NCBI GenBank assembly: GCA_028023455.1
Contig: JAQFVV010000008.1
Span: 1,798,001-1,862,000, forward strand
Direction of reading: 5' to 3'
Source of the DNA: Epiperipatus broadwayi
Taxonomy: Eukaryota; Animalia; Onychophora
Length of the DNA stretch: 64,000 bases
The notes below the pieces were generated by a model that saw only the letters and a program-made list of their open reading frames with translations, was not told the origin of the DNA and ran no database searches. The position numbers and the translations under genes are program-made. Shown here one piece after another: positions 1-12,780 of this stretch (positions are counted from its first letter, which is position 1; each line of letters starts with the position of its first letter).

Positions 1-419
1 AATGAATAATAAAAAAATGTTTGTATAAATGGAATTATAGTATCATTTAAATAAATAAGCTTTTCTTTTATACAAGACAATGAATAAATAATTACATAAA
101 TACTTCATTATTCTTTAATTTACTCTTTAACTGGCATATATATATGTAAAATATAAAATGTATATTCACAATGTAATTGCATGCTACAAATATATATATG
201 TACTTGTATTGTCAATGTATATAGACATTAAAAATAACACATAAAAAATAATGATAAAAATAATTTAAAAAATTCTTTAAATGTAATTAATCTTAATTAA
301 AGAAATATGTTTATCAACAACATAATAATAAAAAAAAAGATCTCTCCTAATTATAACCTCTTGAGCTCAGTTACCAACAGGTATGTATACTTATATATGT
401 AACAATTTTGTGTGCAGGC

Positions 420-960
420 ATAGGATCTGGTTGTCGAGAAATAAATTGTAGTCAAATCCATGATTTCCACGATTGGGTTTTATTTCGTTTATAGAGGTGC
501 CTTACACTATTTTGTGTAAATTATCTGTCTTCTTGAATGTAACTGTATTCTATTGTATTGCTTTTAAATTTTGTCTTTCACTTATTAAATTTCATTTTCT
601 CTTCATTTATATTATGTGATTCCAAATAAAGTATTAGTAAATGGGTATTTGCCTTTAGATCTGGTTAATATCAATGAATTGGTTAGAAAAAACATTTATT
701 TCAAAAGCTGGGGTTCTTTTCCTATAACTGGTTCTTTTAAACAGTCTCATTTCATTCACATTTTACCAATGATCATTGTTCTAGAGGGATCATATGATAG
801 GTTCAAATCTCCAGGCAAGATTAAGCTACATCTGGCACAATCCTTTATTATTAAGGTTACTATGTCACCGTAAATATTTTCTATATTTCTTCAATATAAT
901 AACTTCTTCACTTGAAATATTTCTCCATGGTCAATAACGTTTCACTAACAGTTTAAAAAT
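420..960 (-). mobile_element. Decayed LINE endonuclease remnant
   Basis: SLILPGDLN..DCLKEPVIGKEPQLLK..NSLIL resembles the APE-type GDFN region. Confidence 0.4.
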
Positions 961-1514
961 CAACTTGTTGCTAATATACTTTTAACAATGACTTGCATAG
1001 ATTTTGTTCAGAAACTCCTTTTTTATCTGTCAATCTGATCTTTAAGCCAGCCAAAAAAAAAAAAAAAAAAGAAGAAATGAAAATGAAGCTTTTATACCTA
1101 GCCAAACCAAGATTCAAACAAAATCAAACTCATATTTTTCTTCTTCTCTTTTTAAAATTAAGATTATCTTCTAATTGATATTTAAAACATAATCTTTTGC
1201 ATCTAATGTCTATAGATAAAATCTTTCATTGCAAAAACAAGATAATCCTAAGCTAGTTATAGTAAATTAATTGTACTTAATTATACATTCTTAAGTTTAC
1301 AAAACAGTGACTTAAAATGCAAAAAAAAAAAAGAAAGAACTGTATAAAACACACTATATGAAGATATTCTTTTATCTATATATATATATTCTAGTTATCA
1401 ATCCTTGCTATTTAAATTTTAAAACACATTTTATTATATTCATTTCAGATTATAAAGTTCAATCAGAGTTTGATAAAGCAATTGTATAAATTTAACAAAA
1501 TTTGCTAACCTTTG

Positions 1515-1728
1515 AATATTATTCTACAGGAATAAAGGCATGATAAACAGAGCAGCCAAAATTCAAAAAACATTAATTATAAACAACAATTTGCCAAGCG
1601 CTTTCAGTACTGTATACCAGGCATGATTTTGGTATACAGTACCGAAAGCGCTTGGCAAATTGTTGTTTATAATTAATGTTTTTTGAATTTTGGCTGCTCT
1701 GTTTATATTTATTCCTGTAAAATAATTT
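1515..1728. repeat. Near-perfect fold-back (77-bp arms, 10-bp loop)
   Basis: 1543-1619 is the reverse complement of 1630-1706 with one mismatch; outer arms extend through tacaggaataaa / tttattcctgta. Confidence 0.95.
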
Positions 1729-2833
1729 TTAATAGTTTTTGTATTATTTATTTAACCTTTGAATAATATATCTCCCCTCCCCCCTTTACAATAAGTTTAG
1801 TTATCAAAGTTATACACAACATCTACTTAACTTGCTTTATCAACCCTTATGCAAATGTATTCAGTAATCTTTAGTAGTAATTATATCTTCTAAGAAAATG
1901 CTTATTTATTTTGGGAAAGACAAAATACTAGATTAAATCTAAATATAGGAAGTTCAGTACAATGTGCTAGTACAATATGTAAACATTGAATTACAAATGG
2001 AAATTTTTATATAATAATTAAAAATATATCTAGCAATAATGTAATTTGACAAGCACCAAATAAAATTGACAGCCCAAGATGAACCACATTCTTTAGCAAT
2101 CAGTATTAGCCTTAATCTGAATTTACTTATAATTAAAAGATCACCCATTTTTTTTAACTCGGCAATTATGATCTTAATATGATTTGTAAATCAGTTAGAA
2201 AAGAATGTATATATATACTTCAACAAAAATCAATAAATTAAAAATTAACTGTGATAAAACACAGTTGCTGAAGCTTTAAACATAAAATTACAAATATAAA
2301 GCTGAGTGCTTTCGGGGGACTTAAGCCTCCATAATCATAGCCCAATACAAAATAAATACAAAATATAAACACTTATTCAAAAGCAAAATGCGTATCTCAA
2401 ATAAAATGTAAACTAAATCTAAATAAATAAATAAAATAACATAAAAATAAAATACAATAAAAATAAATATTATAACGTCCATATAGATAGTTTTGTGTAT
2501 GCTCATGTAATTTTGAAGATTCATAATTTTCCTGAAATAATACCAGCAACAAAATATCTGAGAGTTCGATACATTAAATATTTTAATTTAACATACATTT
2601 AATAATAAATGGGGATTTCCATGTAATAACTAGAAAATCATTTTTTTCATCTTAAAAAAGACCATGAAAATATTTAATTTAACATATATAATTCTCATGA
2701 GTAGATAATTTGTCACTGGTAGGATTTCAGGAAAGTTGTGAATTTTCAGAAGTTTTCACACATACAGAAATATATGTGATTTGCTATCCAAATAAGATTT
2801 ATGAATCTTGAGTTAAAAATGAGCTATCTTTTA

Positions 2834-3088
2834 GATGTGATATGTTGGATTATTTCCATCATCTATAAGTTAATGTTGAATATATTGAAAATACTACTTG
2901 AAACATTGTGTAATTACTAACTTGTGTTGTCTATTGGTGTGTTATTACTAATAAGTTGTTTGTATTTGGAAAGTTTAAATAAAGTTTAAATATTTTCAAT
3001 ACATTTAACATTAACTCATAGCTGATGGAAATAGTCCAACATATCACATCTAATAATATACCATTATTACAAACCTTCAGACAAATAC
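2834..3088 (+). mobile_element. Family B element: inverted terminal duplication + 3' tail, 14-bp TSD
   Basis: Starts gatgtgatatgttgg; the inverted partner tccaacatatcacatc ends at ~3050 and is followed by a ~38-bp unpaired tail; tgagctatctttta duplicated at 2820-2833 and 3089-3102. Confidence 0.8.
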
Positions 3089-3641
3089 TGAGCTATCTTT
3101 TATGTTTAAATAAATTCAGACAATCCTATTGCTGCCTGCTAGAGCATGTGGTTCAGCTTGGGCTGTAAATTTTAATTGGTGATTATTTAGTTACTTCATT
3201 ATTGGATGCTTTTTTCTCATTATTATATAGAAATTCCTATTTATGTTTACATCTTAAAAATTCTGTGAAAATATTTAACATTTATATATAAATTTCTAAA
3301 ATATATATACATATTATATATATATTTAATTTTTGTTAGAACATATAACACGGTCTGTCTTAAATATTCCAGAAATTCTTCCAAATCCAGTATCTCATAA
3401 ACGTAAGCTTAATGACCCTCCTGAATTGCCGAAACCATGCAAACAACTAGTATTAATTAAAACTAGTAAGTATTCATATATCTATAATTAATTAGATATC
3501 ATATACATAAATAATAATGTTAACATGACTAAGGCCAGAGGAAGGGTCATCAGTGCCCTTTTGCAAAACAGTAATTGGCACCCCTTTCCTCTGAAATAAA
3601 AACTTTGTTTATTAAAGATAAGATAAAAAATACTATTACAT

Positions 3642-4765
3642 AATTTAAATACAAGTATATTATATATACTGAACTTTAGATAATAATTAGAAGGGATTTG
3701 AACAAAGATTTTCAAGATCCATTCAACTATAAATACTCCATTTTATATAACCAACACTCATCTATTGATCCAGACTATCATCTTCCAAACACATATACAA
3801 TCAGGCCTAAATCTTTTCCATCCTCCAATTCTTCAGCCATCCATATGATGGAATGCCCAAAACTCTAGTGGATGCCAATATTATTGTCATATCTGTGTTG
3901 ATTTTAAGTCACTTTGACCCCTCATGTATAGGACCTTAATATGTCCATTTAAATACACAGAAGAGATGGGCAGATTCAGGCTGAATCTGTAATATTTTAA
4001 ATACAACTATATTATATATACTGAACTTTAGATGCAATTAGAAGGGATTTGAACACAGACTTCAAAGTGCCCATCAGCTGTGCCCTCCATCTTATATAAC
4101 TGATGCAAGAGTTGGAGGGTGGAGAAGATTGAAGCCTGTCCATTAAAGTTTGAATATTGTCGATCTTAATATAATCTAAGCACTGATTGTATATATATGT
4201 GTGGATGATGATCTGGACCAACCAATGAATTGTGGTTCAGCATAAAATATGTATATTGGAGATTATTTATCTTTATCATGTTGTCATGTGTATTGATTAT
4301 ATAAGATGGACTGGATAGCTGAAGGAGTTTGAAAGTCTAGTGTTCAAATCCTATCTAATTACATCTTAAGTTCAGTACATACACTTCCATTTAAAATGTT
4401 TCAGATTCAGCTTGAATTCTGCCTATCCATCTTCTGTGTATTTAAGTGGATATATTAAGGTCCTATATAAGAGGAGTTATTGGCATCAACAAGAGTTTTG
4501 AGCATTCCATCATCAGATTTTCAATAATAGGAATAGTTGAAGTGTTGGAAGGTGAAGATCGAAGCCTGTCTATTAAATTTTGAAGATTTGCATCTTAATA
4601 TAAACTGAGCACTGATGGAAAGATGATGATCTGGACCAAGCATGAAATACATATATTGATCATTTCTTTTTCACATGTATGTGGTCATGTGTATCAGTTA
4701 TATAAGGTGGAGTGGATAGCTGAAGGGAGCTTGAAAGTCTGTGTTCAAATTCCCTCTAATTATTG
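3642..4765. mobile_element. Family A: ~430-bp tandem unit (hammerhead + Pol III boxes); minus-strand array joined at ~4105 to an inverted plus-strand array
   Basis: gaagcctgtc recurs at 4131 and 4561 (period 430); the reverse complement of the same unit repeats at 3671 and 4022; B-box-like GTTCAAATCC/GTTCAAATTCCC at 4342 and 4743; hammerhead remnants at 3749-3770 (-), 4218-4259 (+) and 4636-4659 (+). Confidence 0.8.
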
Positions 4766-4804
4766 CATAATAATAAATTTACTTTCCTTGCTTTTACAGA
4801 ACTG

Positions 4805-5270
4805 AATTTAGATACAATAATCATCAACATTTACAGTATTGCATATGTCATTCTCTATAGCTATCACTGATAAATTTACCAACCGATTTTGTGTCATTGT
4901 CGAATGTCAATAATTTTTTATGATTTTTAAGTTTGAAAATAATCTCTTTCTACTAGTTGCACTTCTAGGAAGGTTAATATTCTTAATGACATGCTCAAAT
5001 TTGGGAATGAAATGATCATATCATTTTCATGAATATAAACTTAGGTCATCAAGTGGATTTATGAATTGGAGATAATTTATTAGAAAATAAGTTTTTCAAC
5101 AGACATAGTTCTTCATACAATTCATCTCTATTTATGTCTTTATTATTATCAATGCCGGCGTAAATGAATTTGTAGATTGAAATATTTTTTTTAAATATTT
5201 TTTTTAAAATCAGCTTCAAGTTTATTTGTAGTAGACAAAAATATTTAATTATATAAATATTCTTCATACA
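4805..5270 (-). pseudogene. hAT transposase C-terminal dimerisation-domain remnant
   Basis: Frameshifted translation DINRDELYEELCLL...FPNLSMSLRI...LFSNLKIIKNY*HSTMTQNRLVNLSVIAIEND matches the hAT dimerisation consensus. Confidence 0.8.
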
Positions 5271-7069
5271 ATCTTTAATATATCTACATTAACATTAATT
5301 AACAATCTGTATCCTAAACAAATTACACACATACTAAGTCATCATTATTGAAATTATACTAATATATATAATTTGTATTATATTATCTGTAGAACATCTT
5401 TTTTTTATTCCACTTTTCCTCTTGTAGAAACTCTAAAGCAACTATATTATACAGTTCCATATATAAAAGTAATAAGTAAAAATAAATATCCTTTATAAGC
5501 TAAAGTTCATTTAAAGTCTTTAAAAGTTCTCTTTAAGATTTCTAATTATTTTTAATCCAGTGAAATCTTTTAGAATGCTTTTTTTTAATAAAACATGATT
5601 GAAAACCTTAATCACAGAGAAGAGGACAATAAATGATGATGATATTTTATTTTTTCAATCAATCCATTAACATGGTAATCTTTAAGAAAATGACAACACA
5701 TTTTTTTTTTTTCATTTTTAAAAATGAAAAGGGGATAATTAGTAATTTCCTAAGAAGTGAAATTTGCTAGTTTTAGCCATTTCTTACTTAATATTGTACT
5801 TTAATAAAATTAAATGTACAAATCATAATGTTAGAACAAATATTTATATTACAGACATTAAGATAAATGATTTTTATTTTATTTATCTTTCTCACAAAAA
5901 TGATTTTATTTCAGATTTAAAATAACTTTATCTAAATATTTTAAAATGATATTCTTTTATATTTAAGTATATCAGAGAAACATAAACACATCAACACATT
6001 TAATTATTACATTAAAAGTTTGTCATTATTTAGCTTTACCATTATGGTACATTAATATAAATATTGCTTTAACTGATTTTATTTTAACTAATTTAACCAC
6101 ATATATACAAAATTATGCATTTTATAAGTGTATTAGCCTTTTTGTTTTTTATGTGTGTGTTTATAATATTAAACCAAAATTGCTACAAAAATTTCAAATG
6201 TTATAAAAATATGGGGAGACATCTTGGATTTTTAAAAAAAAAATATTTGATAGATAAATTTAAGATATTATTTTTATAATAAGCCAATAAATTTTTTTAA
6301 AGTTTATTGATATTATTTTACAAATACCAAATAACCTTCACAATATATATATATAAATGACATGGATATTAATAGTGATACAGACTGTTCAATTTTTACA
6401 TCACATAGTAATGTGATTTGAAATATGGATAATGTAAACCCAACATAAGAAATCATATCTGAGAATATCATAAAAGAAAAACAAACCATAGAAAATTATT
6501 ATTGACAAATTGTATTTCAAGAAGTGATATTTATTTTAATATGTTTATATTTCCTTATTTTCTTGTAGAAATAATGAATCAAGTTACAATAATTAATATT
6601 TATACAAATGAATGTATTCTTAATTCTGCACTGTTTTCGTACCTCTATTATATCAGCACCCTCCCTCATGCCTTGCTTACTGTCTTCCTCCGGCCCTGAA
6701 CATGACCTTAATATTATATATATTTATGCATAGTTAGCTATTCTATTTATATTTATTTCCTCAAAAACAATTAACCAATAGTAAAAACAAATTGGAAATT
6801 TGTTTATATGCTATATTTTTCCTTTCAACATCCAACAATTTTTCTTTATTGGAAGAACTAATTACTTACCCAAATAGTGATGGGTAATATGTCATATCTG
6901 TTTTAAAAAGAATTGATTACTTATCCCATATATTGCTTGATTTTTTTAATATCAGTCTTAAAAAATAAAATTTAACTATTTGAGTTAAATGATTAAAAAC
7001 AGCTTACATTAAAACAACGTCATTGGATTTGTTAGCTATCATTTGCAATATTGCTAATTTTAGACCACA

Positions 7070-7990
7070 GAGGGACAAAATATCTATTTTCTTTTTTTTC
7101 ATGTTCAGAATAAGATTCTTCATATATTCGTTACTTACAGTTATTAATGTAGCATCATAAATTGTTGATTATTCCATCTATTCTAAACCAATCTCTCCTG
7201 CTTCCACATTTCTATATTGAAGAGTATATTGCATGTGTAGAGTAAATAGATATGGTAGGAAATACTAATCTATTGATAACTTTTTCAATATGAAACTGTT
7301 TTTTTCATTTATTATTGTAGCTTTTTGATAAATACAGAGGCTTTTAAATGAAAAAATACGATTGTGGATCAGTATTTTGAAATACTTTTATAATTTGCAG
7401 TTGTTGTTACAATCATATGCTTTTAAATAATATCAATAAAGCAGATTTACAATTCTTTCTGATATTTTTTTCATAGTAGAATTTTGCTGGGATGTGAAAT
7501 ACATTTCTTTAATTGGATCATTCCAGTTCATTTTTATCTTAATCAGTTTTAACAATGAAAGATTTTATTTAGAAATTTTTGCCTTCAGATATCTTGTTAT
7601 ACAGATATTTATGTATTGAGTGGCTTTTTAATTTCAGTATCCCAAAATAAATCTTTGCCTTTTCCATTTTTAATAGTTCCCCAATGAAGTTGGAGAATGC
7701 ATGTAATTTATCCAAATTTTTTTGTAGACATGTTTAGTTTTTTTTTTTTGAAGCCTTTTTTTATTTAATAACATTTCTGATTTAGTCTTCTTTTTTGTGC
7801 CTACTTTTTTATTGTTATGCTTCTTTATTGTGTGTGTTTCATACTTGTACTAGAATTTTTTTTTTTTCAATGTAATTTTTATCTCTGTTTGACAATCAGT
7901 AGATTATTCTTTTCTTATTTGCTTTTGGAGTAATGCTTAATTGAAGATTGCATAACATTTGGTTTTAATTTTTTCTTACTTAATAAAGTT
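7070..7990 (-). mobile_element. Decayed LINE (RTE-like) 3' region
   Basis: Purine-biased minus strand with weak RT C-terminal similarity (MEKAK..; MKKISERI..LLY). Confidence 0.4.
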
Positions 7991-8210
7991 TTCTTAAATA
8001 TCACACACAGGCATATACAGTATAATCAGTAACTCTCATAAAATATTAAAATATATAACTATTGTTTTGGTAAAATAATATTTGCCTTCAAATGGATAAA
8101 GTTGTTATTACATAATTGTTGCAAAGTTATAAGTTCCTATGAATTATATTTTTTATCCATAAAAACTTTTATTTCACACACATACATATATAACTGAAAC
8201 AGAAGTAATT

Positions 8211-8405
8211 GTATTTGTCTGAAGGTTTGTAATGATGGTATATTATAAGATGTGATATGTTGGACTATTTCCATCATTTATGAGGAATGTTGAATGTATA
8301 GAAAATTTTAAACATTATTTAAACTTTCCAAATACAAACAACTTGTTAGTAATAACACACAAATAGACAATACATATTAGTAATTACACAATGTTGCAAG
8401 TAGTA
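8211..8405 (-). mobile_element. Family B copy
   Basis: Reverse complement of the tail, gatgtgatatgttggactatttccatc and body; decayed hammerhead 3' half near 8385-8400. Confidence 0.75.
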
Positions 8406-8576
8406 TTCTATGCATATATATCAACAAATGCTAAAGGATAGATGGTATCATGTTACATAACTCATTGGAAATTACAGTTATTTACATTTCAGTTATAATC
8501 AATAAGAATTCCAATTATTATTTATTTTATATATATAATACAAATAAAATGTCCTTTAATTAAAAAATTATTGTAA

Positions 8577-8716
8577 TAACAATAAAAATAATAAATATAA
8601 CAGTAATAAACTATTATAAACTGTCAATCCAAGTACTTTCAGTTAATTCCAGAAGTACTTTGGATTGAAAGACTTTATAATAGTTTATTATAGTTATATC
8701 TATTATTTTTATTGTT
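8577..8716. repeat. Imperfect fold-back (~60-bp arms)
   Basis: taataaactattataaa..tcaatccaagtactt / aagtactttggattga..tttataatagtttatta. Confidence 0.85.
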
Positions 8717-9404
8717 TTATATATATAATAAAATGATATTGATATTGATGTTAATCTTGTAAAATCTATTATATGAGTAAATATTAAACTACAGATAGCT
8801 TATGATAGGTGTGCCATTATCATTAGCATAAATAGAATGTATGTACTTTTAGAATTATGAATACATTATAAATTGGCTATGGCTTGATATTTACTTTTAG
8901 AATAGTGAAACATATTATAAATTGGCTATATAACTAATATTAGTATAGTAAATTTTAATTTCAGTTTATTGTACATGTAAAGGGTATCAGTGATTAGTGT
9001 TCAGTCATTTATTATGCTCACAAATATACGGAAATATTTAATGTTAGTTAATGTTAATTCATTCAGAATTAAAGTGCATTGTATAAAATATATGTCTGAA
9101 ATTATTATTCTTAAAACTGGATCAAATGATATGATGCTTATTGGACTATTCAAACTAAACTTATGTTAAGTTTGCTGCTTGAAGATAGATTTCAATAACT
9201 ATGCTACTTGAATATTGCAACCAAGTGCTAACATTTAATTAATGAAAGAAAAAATTAAGTAGACCTATATACTTTTATTTTACTTTCTCAAAATAATTTT
9301 CTTAATGACACAATGAAACTAATAAAAGGAATATATATATATTTGCAATTATTTGGAATAAAGTTTTTTAAAAAAGTAATATATATTTTTATTCTAAATT
9401 TTAG

Positions 9405-9483
9405 ATTTACAATATAAAACTTTGAAAACAATCAAATCTGAAGATATCGATCCTAGTGATTTTGAATGCACTTTATGTTTAAG
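9405..9483 (+). CDS. LONRF: LONRF-family E3 ligase, first visible coding exon (start of RING finger)
   Basis: ttttag acceptor and AG|gtatat donor; reads (D)LQYKTLKTIKSEDIDPSDFECTLCL(R); joins the next exon in frame across an 80-bp intron. Confidence 0.9.
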
Positions 9484-9561
9484 GTATATTTTGATTTATA
9501 AATTGCAATTAATAAATACATCCATTTAATTTCCATTTCTAAAGTAATTATTATTTTTTAA

Positions 9562-9723
<162 letters not shown>

Positions 9724-10171
9724 TAATTGTATCTGAGATAAAGCAGTAAGTTTGTAAATAAATATATTTGTTAATTAGAATATTTATTATACTACATATA
9801 TATGTGCATGTGTTATTAATTTTTGTGTATGGTGTGTGTGCTTAAGCAAGCATAACTTACTATCAAAATTAAGAGGAATAAATAATTGTGTTTTGTTAGA
9901 AATTTCTTTTAAAGTTAATTAAGCAATTTATTGAGAATTTCAGGTTTCTGCTAACTTTTTTTGAAATTAATTATCTATTAGAGAGAAAATAAATTTTCCT
10001 TTAGATTCTCATAAGAAAATTTAAAAATAGATGAAATTATGTTGTATGAAAAATATCATTTGGATGAACATTTTTAAAAATATATTTTATTTCATAAAAA
10101 ATCAAAATATTTTATATAAATTTACTTTATAATTACATAAAGACTATTATATCATCCGTAAAAATGTCTGC

Positions 10172-10202
<31 letters not shown>

Positions 10203-10245
10203 ATATATATATATAACAATGATAATTAACCCTTATATAATCAAT

Positions 10246-10319
10246 AATCTCAACCTATAGTCAAGGCAATCTCCTTTAACAATAAAGGTTGTAGGTTGCC
10301 TTGACTATAGGTTGAGATT
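10246..10319. repeat. Perfect 24-bp inverted repeat with a 26-bp spacer
   Basis: aatctcaacctatagtcaaggcaa / ttgccttgactataggttgagatt. Confidence 0.9.
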
Positions 10320-11094
10320 GTAGAATGCATAAAGGTTGAGTGTTATCATTTACATTTATAAACCTATTAAAGTCTTAACTAGTTGTCTTTATTGTCTTAG
10401 AATATATATACCAGTATGTTCTATTAAATTATTTTCTAGTTACGGTTAAGTCAAAGATATTTTAAATTATACCATCTATAATTTTTTTAAAGCTATTCAA
10501 ATAATTTAACATATTTAGAAATAAAGAGCTGTTATTTTCATCCTAATCCAGAAACCATCTACTGTAATTAACATTAGCAAATGAAATAGTGCTATAAAAT
10601 TTTTATCTTCAGATCAGTTTTTGATTTTTGCCTTTACCAGTGAAAACTAGGATTCAATGCTGGAACTAATGCATTCATGCATTGTAGCAGTATATCATCT
10701 GGTACACCTATTGATTACTCAAGTTTACAATAGGTGGGGGTCTAGAATAGGGTAAAAATAACTGTTCTTCGAAACATGAATAGATCATGTGATGATGATA
10801 TTGGTATTTCTGAAAATATAAACTTCTTTGATCTACCTATATGGGAATTCCTATTATTTAAAAATCCATAGTATTGTAATCACAGAATACAAAGCACTAT
10901 TGAATAATTTTACCAAATTTACAGAAGTTGATTAAAAAAACAAAAAACAAATTTTAATAACAGTATGATTTAAAAATAAAATTTTCTGTATAAGTGTGCA
11001 GGAAAGCAAACATAGCCTCCAATAAGGTTTAAAAATTTAGATAATAAAGTTGAATTTTCTTGTGATATTAATTTTACAGAATATAAGTAAATAG

Positions 11095-11235
11095 TGGGAT
11101 TTGAACTTAATATTTTTTAATCTATATTTGTTCTCCATTCCAGCTCAAACAACTGATACACATGACCACATACATGTGAAAAAGATAGATGATTGCCAAT
11201 ATACATATTTCATGCAGAATTCTGCATTAAAACTA
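11095..11235 (-). mobile_element. Family A fragment
   Basis: gggatttgaac (reverse-complement B-box), ctgatacacatgaccaca block and hammerhead 3' half ATGCAG-AATT-CTGCAT-GAAA-TATGTATA-TTGG. Confidence 0.75.
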
Positions 11236-12527
11236 AATTGCTTTTTCCTTCTTTAGTTGATAACTTGTTTTGTTTTTTTTACTTTTTGGCATTTGCTTGA
11301 ATAATAGACAAGTTTTTTTTTTAATTTCAAAAGCTTTATTTATATTTTAATTTACATTTGTTACATTTTTCTCATGCAGGATAAAAAGGGTGCATGGGAA
11401 AAGTTCAACTTGTTATGTGATTACATTGTTATATACACTGTAATGACTTTTCACATTATGTTAAGTGCATATCTTATACAAAACTAGTTGATTTATTTGA
11501 TTACACTGATAAAAGACACCCCCCCCCCTTCTCATTTTTCATATTTGTCAGTTTGAGTTTTAATTAGTCACTAAATTCTTATCTAATGGATTTTTGTTTC
11601 AGGTGACTGCATATATATATATATCTGAATTTCAGTTGTTCCAGTTATTTATCATAGTGTTTGGGTGATATCAGTAGTTATGATTTATGATTGCATATTT
11701 CTTGTCTCCATAGAATGTATATTACAAAATTAATTAGAAGTATTGAAAAAAGCTTTTGTGAAGTTTGTAAGAATATCTGTTTTTCTATATGTTGCTAATA
11801 ATCTTTATCATGAACTTACATGGTTTACACAATCATGGAAAAAATGGGATTGGGATTTTTCTTCTCTGTTATATCCTCTTTTGCACTTAAAAAAAAAAGA
11901 GCTAATTCATATAAGGTTAAAAATGCTATATATAAATAGGTCAATAGATTTTTGTTTTATTTATTGCATTTTTAACTGGTGTTTAATTATTGTGGGGAAA
12001 AAAGGAAAAAAAAAATCTTAAGATATGCTTTTCTTTTCCCTTTCTCTCTACTTTAATCCAACCTCAATTTTAACCATTCTAGAAATTTCATTATCCATAA
12101 AAGTTAAAAACAAACAAACAAACAAACAAAGAGGGGTAGGGATTAAAAGTCATATCTGAAATTTCCTATTCTTTTATTTTAATCAATACTGGGATTTTGG
12201 TAACTTTAAATGAAAGTTTCTGTAATTTTATAAACTAGAAATTCATATAACATTACAACACTAGCTAAAAAACAAAATTTCACTTAAAAAGGTCTATTTG
12301 TTAAGAGATGAAACCATGGTTGTGGAAGAATTTTAGTAAAATTTTGTTTTTTGGTTATTCTTGTAATATTACATGAATTTCTAGTTTATTTATAATTATT
12401 AGTATAGCATTAGCAGTATTTAGCATATAATTTTTATAAGTATGCTAGATATAATTCATGATATTAAAGTGCTGCATCACATTAATAATATATCATATGG
12501 GAAATTGTATAGAGCATATTTATAGAG

Positions 12528-12780
12528 CAGGGATTCTCAACAAGGGCAAACTTATTCCCCCAGGAGTGAAAATTAAATTTTGGAGGATGAAAAAATCTCA
12601 AGATTACAATCAGGCGTTCTTCAAAAATTTGAGTCTAAGCACAAGGATTCCATTGAATAAAGAGAGTAAATATAAAGTGTTTTCTTGTTTAAAATTTCAT
12701 GGGAGCAATTATGAAAAATTTAGTCTAAAAGCCCTTTAAGGGGGGGGGGGTGATATTTAAAAAAAGATTGAGAAACCCTG
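12528..12780. mobile_element. hAT-type MITE
   Basis: TIR cagggattctcaa / ttgagaaaccctg; 8-bp flanks ttatagag / ccatagag (6/8). Confidence 0.8.

Noticed and set aside
340-386. CAG|gtatgt donor as an upstream LONRF exon
   Set aside because: The phase-1 frame needed to join exon 9405 contains a TGA; no credible acceptor or homology.
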